Shown here one piece after another: positions 62,516-64,000 of a DNA stretch of 64,000 nt (position 1 is the stretch's first letter; every line of letters begins with the position of its first letter). The notes under the pieces were generated by a model, which saw nothing but the letters and a program-made list of their open reading frames with translations, was not told the DNA's origin and ran no database searches. The translations under genes and the position numbers were made by a program. The stretch lies in the NCBI GenBank assembly GCA_963712745.1, contig CAVQJC010000010.1, positions 96,001-160,000 of the forward strand. Direction: 5' to 3'. This DNA comes from an uncultured Chloroflexia bacterium (lineage in GTDB: Bacteria > Chloroflexota > Limnocylindria > Limnocylindrales > CSP1-4).

Positions 62516-64000
62516 ATGGCCTCCAGCGACGTAGCCGTGCGTCCCAGGCGAAGCGCCTTTGCCGCGGCATTCCTCTCCGCCCTCTTCCCCGGCCTAGGCC
62601 ACGCCTATCTCGGCCGCTGGTTGCGGGCCCTGCTCTGGGCCGCCTTGCCCATCCTCGGCATCGCCGCCATGGCCGGCCTGGCGGCCAGCTCCAGCACCAC
62701 CGACCTCGTCGAGATCTTCGCCGACCCCGACGTGCTCAACGGCATGCTCGTCTTCCTCGTGATCGACGTCATCTACCGGGTGCTCGCGGCCTGGGATGCC
62801 TGGCGGCTGGCGCGTGACCCGGGCGTCGGGTCGGCCGGCTCGCGCATACTCTCGATGGCCGGGCTCGTGGCACTGGTGATCGTGCTCGTGGGCAGCCACG
62901 TCGTCATCGCCCGCCCGGTCTTCTTCGCCACCGACCTCTACACGGACATCGCCGAGAACGCCGGCGACGAGAGCGAGATCATCGACATCGGCGATCTGGC
63001 CGCTGAGGATCCAGACTTCCAGCTGGTGCTCCCCGACGACCCCGAGGCCACGCCCGAACCCAAGGCCTCGCGCAAGCCCGGTGCCGCTGGCGGCTCGGGC
63101 ACGCCCGAGCCCAGCGCCGAGCCCACCCAGGCTCCCGCCACCGAGCAACCGGCGGCCACCGCGGAACCGACACCCGAGCCCCCTCGCGTCGAGTGGGACG
63201 GCAAGGAGCGGCTTAACGTCCTGCTCATCGGCCACGACGGCGGCCGCCAGGGCAAGCTCTCCTCGAGCGCCCTGACCGACACCATGATCACCATCAGCGT
63301 CGATCCGACCACCGGGCGCGTGGCCTTCATCTCGCTGCCCCGTGACACCTCGGGCATCCCACTGCCGCGCGACTGGGCCGCCTACAACAGCTTCGGCGGC
63401 AAGTACAACAACAAGATCAACACGCTCTATACGGTCGCCCGTGGCCGCAGCGACTTCCCCGGCAGCTCCAAGCAGCGTGGCTACAACGCGTTGATGGGCG
63501 CGCTCGGCGAGCTGTACGGCCTCGACATCAAGTACTACGTCTCGGTCGACCTCAACAGCTTCCGCCACGTCGTGAACACGCTCAACGGCGTGGTCGTGGA
63601 CGTGCAGCTGCCGGTCATGGACAAGGACTACTCGGCGGCCGATGGACGTGGAAACCTGAAGCTGTACATCCCCCCCGGCATCGCTCGCATGAACGGCCAG
63701 GACGCGCTGGCCTATGCCCGCTCGCGGCACGGCTCGTCGGACTTCGACCGGGCCGCCAGGCAGCAGCGCGTGATCACCTCGGCCGGCAAGCAGATGGACG
63801 TCGATGAGCTCCTCCAGCCCGGGGTCATCTCCGGCCTCATCGGCCAGCTCAAGCAGGACGTGAAGACCAACATCCCGCCCAAGCTCGTGCCCAAGATGGT
63901 GGCACTGGCCTCCGATATCGACCTCGATCGTCGTGAGAACCTCGTCTTCGACAGCTCCCGCTACGTCGACGAGTGCTACCCGTGTCCGCCCACCGGGCTG
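62516..64000 (+). CDS. LytR-CpsA-Psr (LCP) family protein with N-terminal TM segments (runs off the right edge)
   Basis: Manual translation: MASSD...LFPGLGHAY, TMs, Pro/Glu/Thr linker, LNVLLIGHD, TDTMI, ISLPRD, KINTLY, ALAYARSRH, SDFDRAARQQ. Confidence 0.92.
   Translation, partial: MASSDVAVRPRRSAFAAAFLSALFPGLGHAYLGRWLRALLWAALPILGIAAMAGLAASSSTTDLVEIFADPDVLNGMLVFLVIDVIYRVLAAWDAWRLARDPGVGSAGSRILSMAGLVALVIVLVGSHVVIARPVFFATDLYTDIAENAGDESEIIDIGDLAAEDPDFQLVLPDDPEATPEPKASRKPGAAGGSGTPEPSAEPTQAPATEQPAATAEPTPEPPRVEWDGKERLNVLLIGHDGGRQGKLSSSALTDTMITISVDPTTGRVAFISLPRDTSGIPLPRDWAAYNSFGGKYNNKINTLYTVARGRSDFPGSSKQRGYNALMGALGELYGLDIKYYVSVDLNSFRHVVNTLNGVVVDVQLPVMDKDYSAADGRGNLKLYIPPGIARMNGQDALAYARSRHGSSDFDRAARQQRVITSAGKQMDVDELLQPGVISGLIGQLKQDVKTNIPPKLVPKMVALASDIDLDRRENLVFDSSRYVDECYPCPPTGL

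Overview
High-GC (~70%) bacterial chromosome segment. Gene content and synteny suggest Chloroflexota (inference only). It is a compact, almost entirely minus-strand housekeeping superoperon. In transcription order it reads: ileS-lspA-rluD-gmk-priA-def-fmt-rlmN-rpe-dtd-sulfotransferase / rpmB / fakA-recG-rsmD-coaD-hyp-yceD-rpmF-plsX-nusB-acpP-rnc-smc-ftsY-ffh-DUF3352-rpsP-khpA-rimM-trmD-rplS-rnhB-yraN-rpsB-tsf-pyrH-frr-uppS-cdsA-dxr-rseP-ispG-proS-sulfotransferase-like-nusA-ylxR-infB-rbfA-nrnA-truB-ribF / hutH / rpsO-pnp / two glycosyltransferases / asd-udg-rnj, with a partial LCP gene at the right end. I saw no mobile elements, CRISPR arrays, rRNA or tRNA genes. The standout is an 865-aa PNPase carrying an apparently intact DEDDh (DnaQ-like) 3'-5' exonuclease domain inserted in frame between its two RNase PH domains. 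Other oddities: a His-containing 38-aa leader ORF coupled to hutH; non-canonical start codons (gmk, and probably the gene downstream of coaD); beta-clamp-type motifs on UDG and RNase HII; an IleRS2 with a GVHH signature; several leaderless promoters; and six +1 frameshifts, five at GATC sites, that look like systematic sequencing errors.
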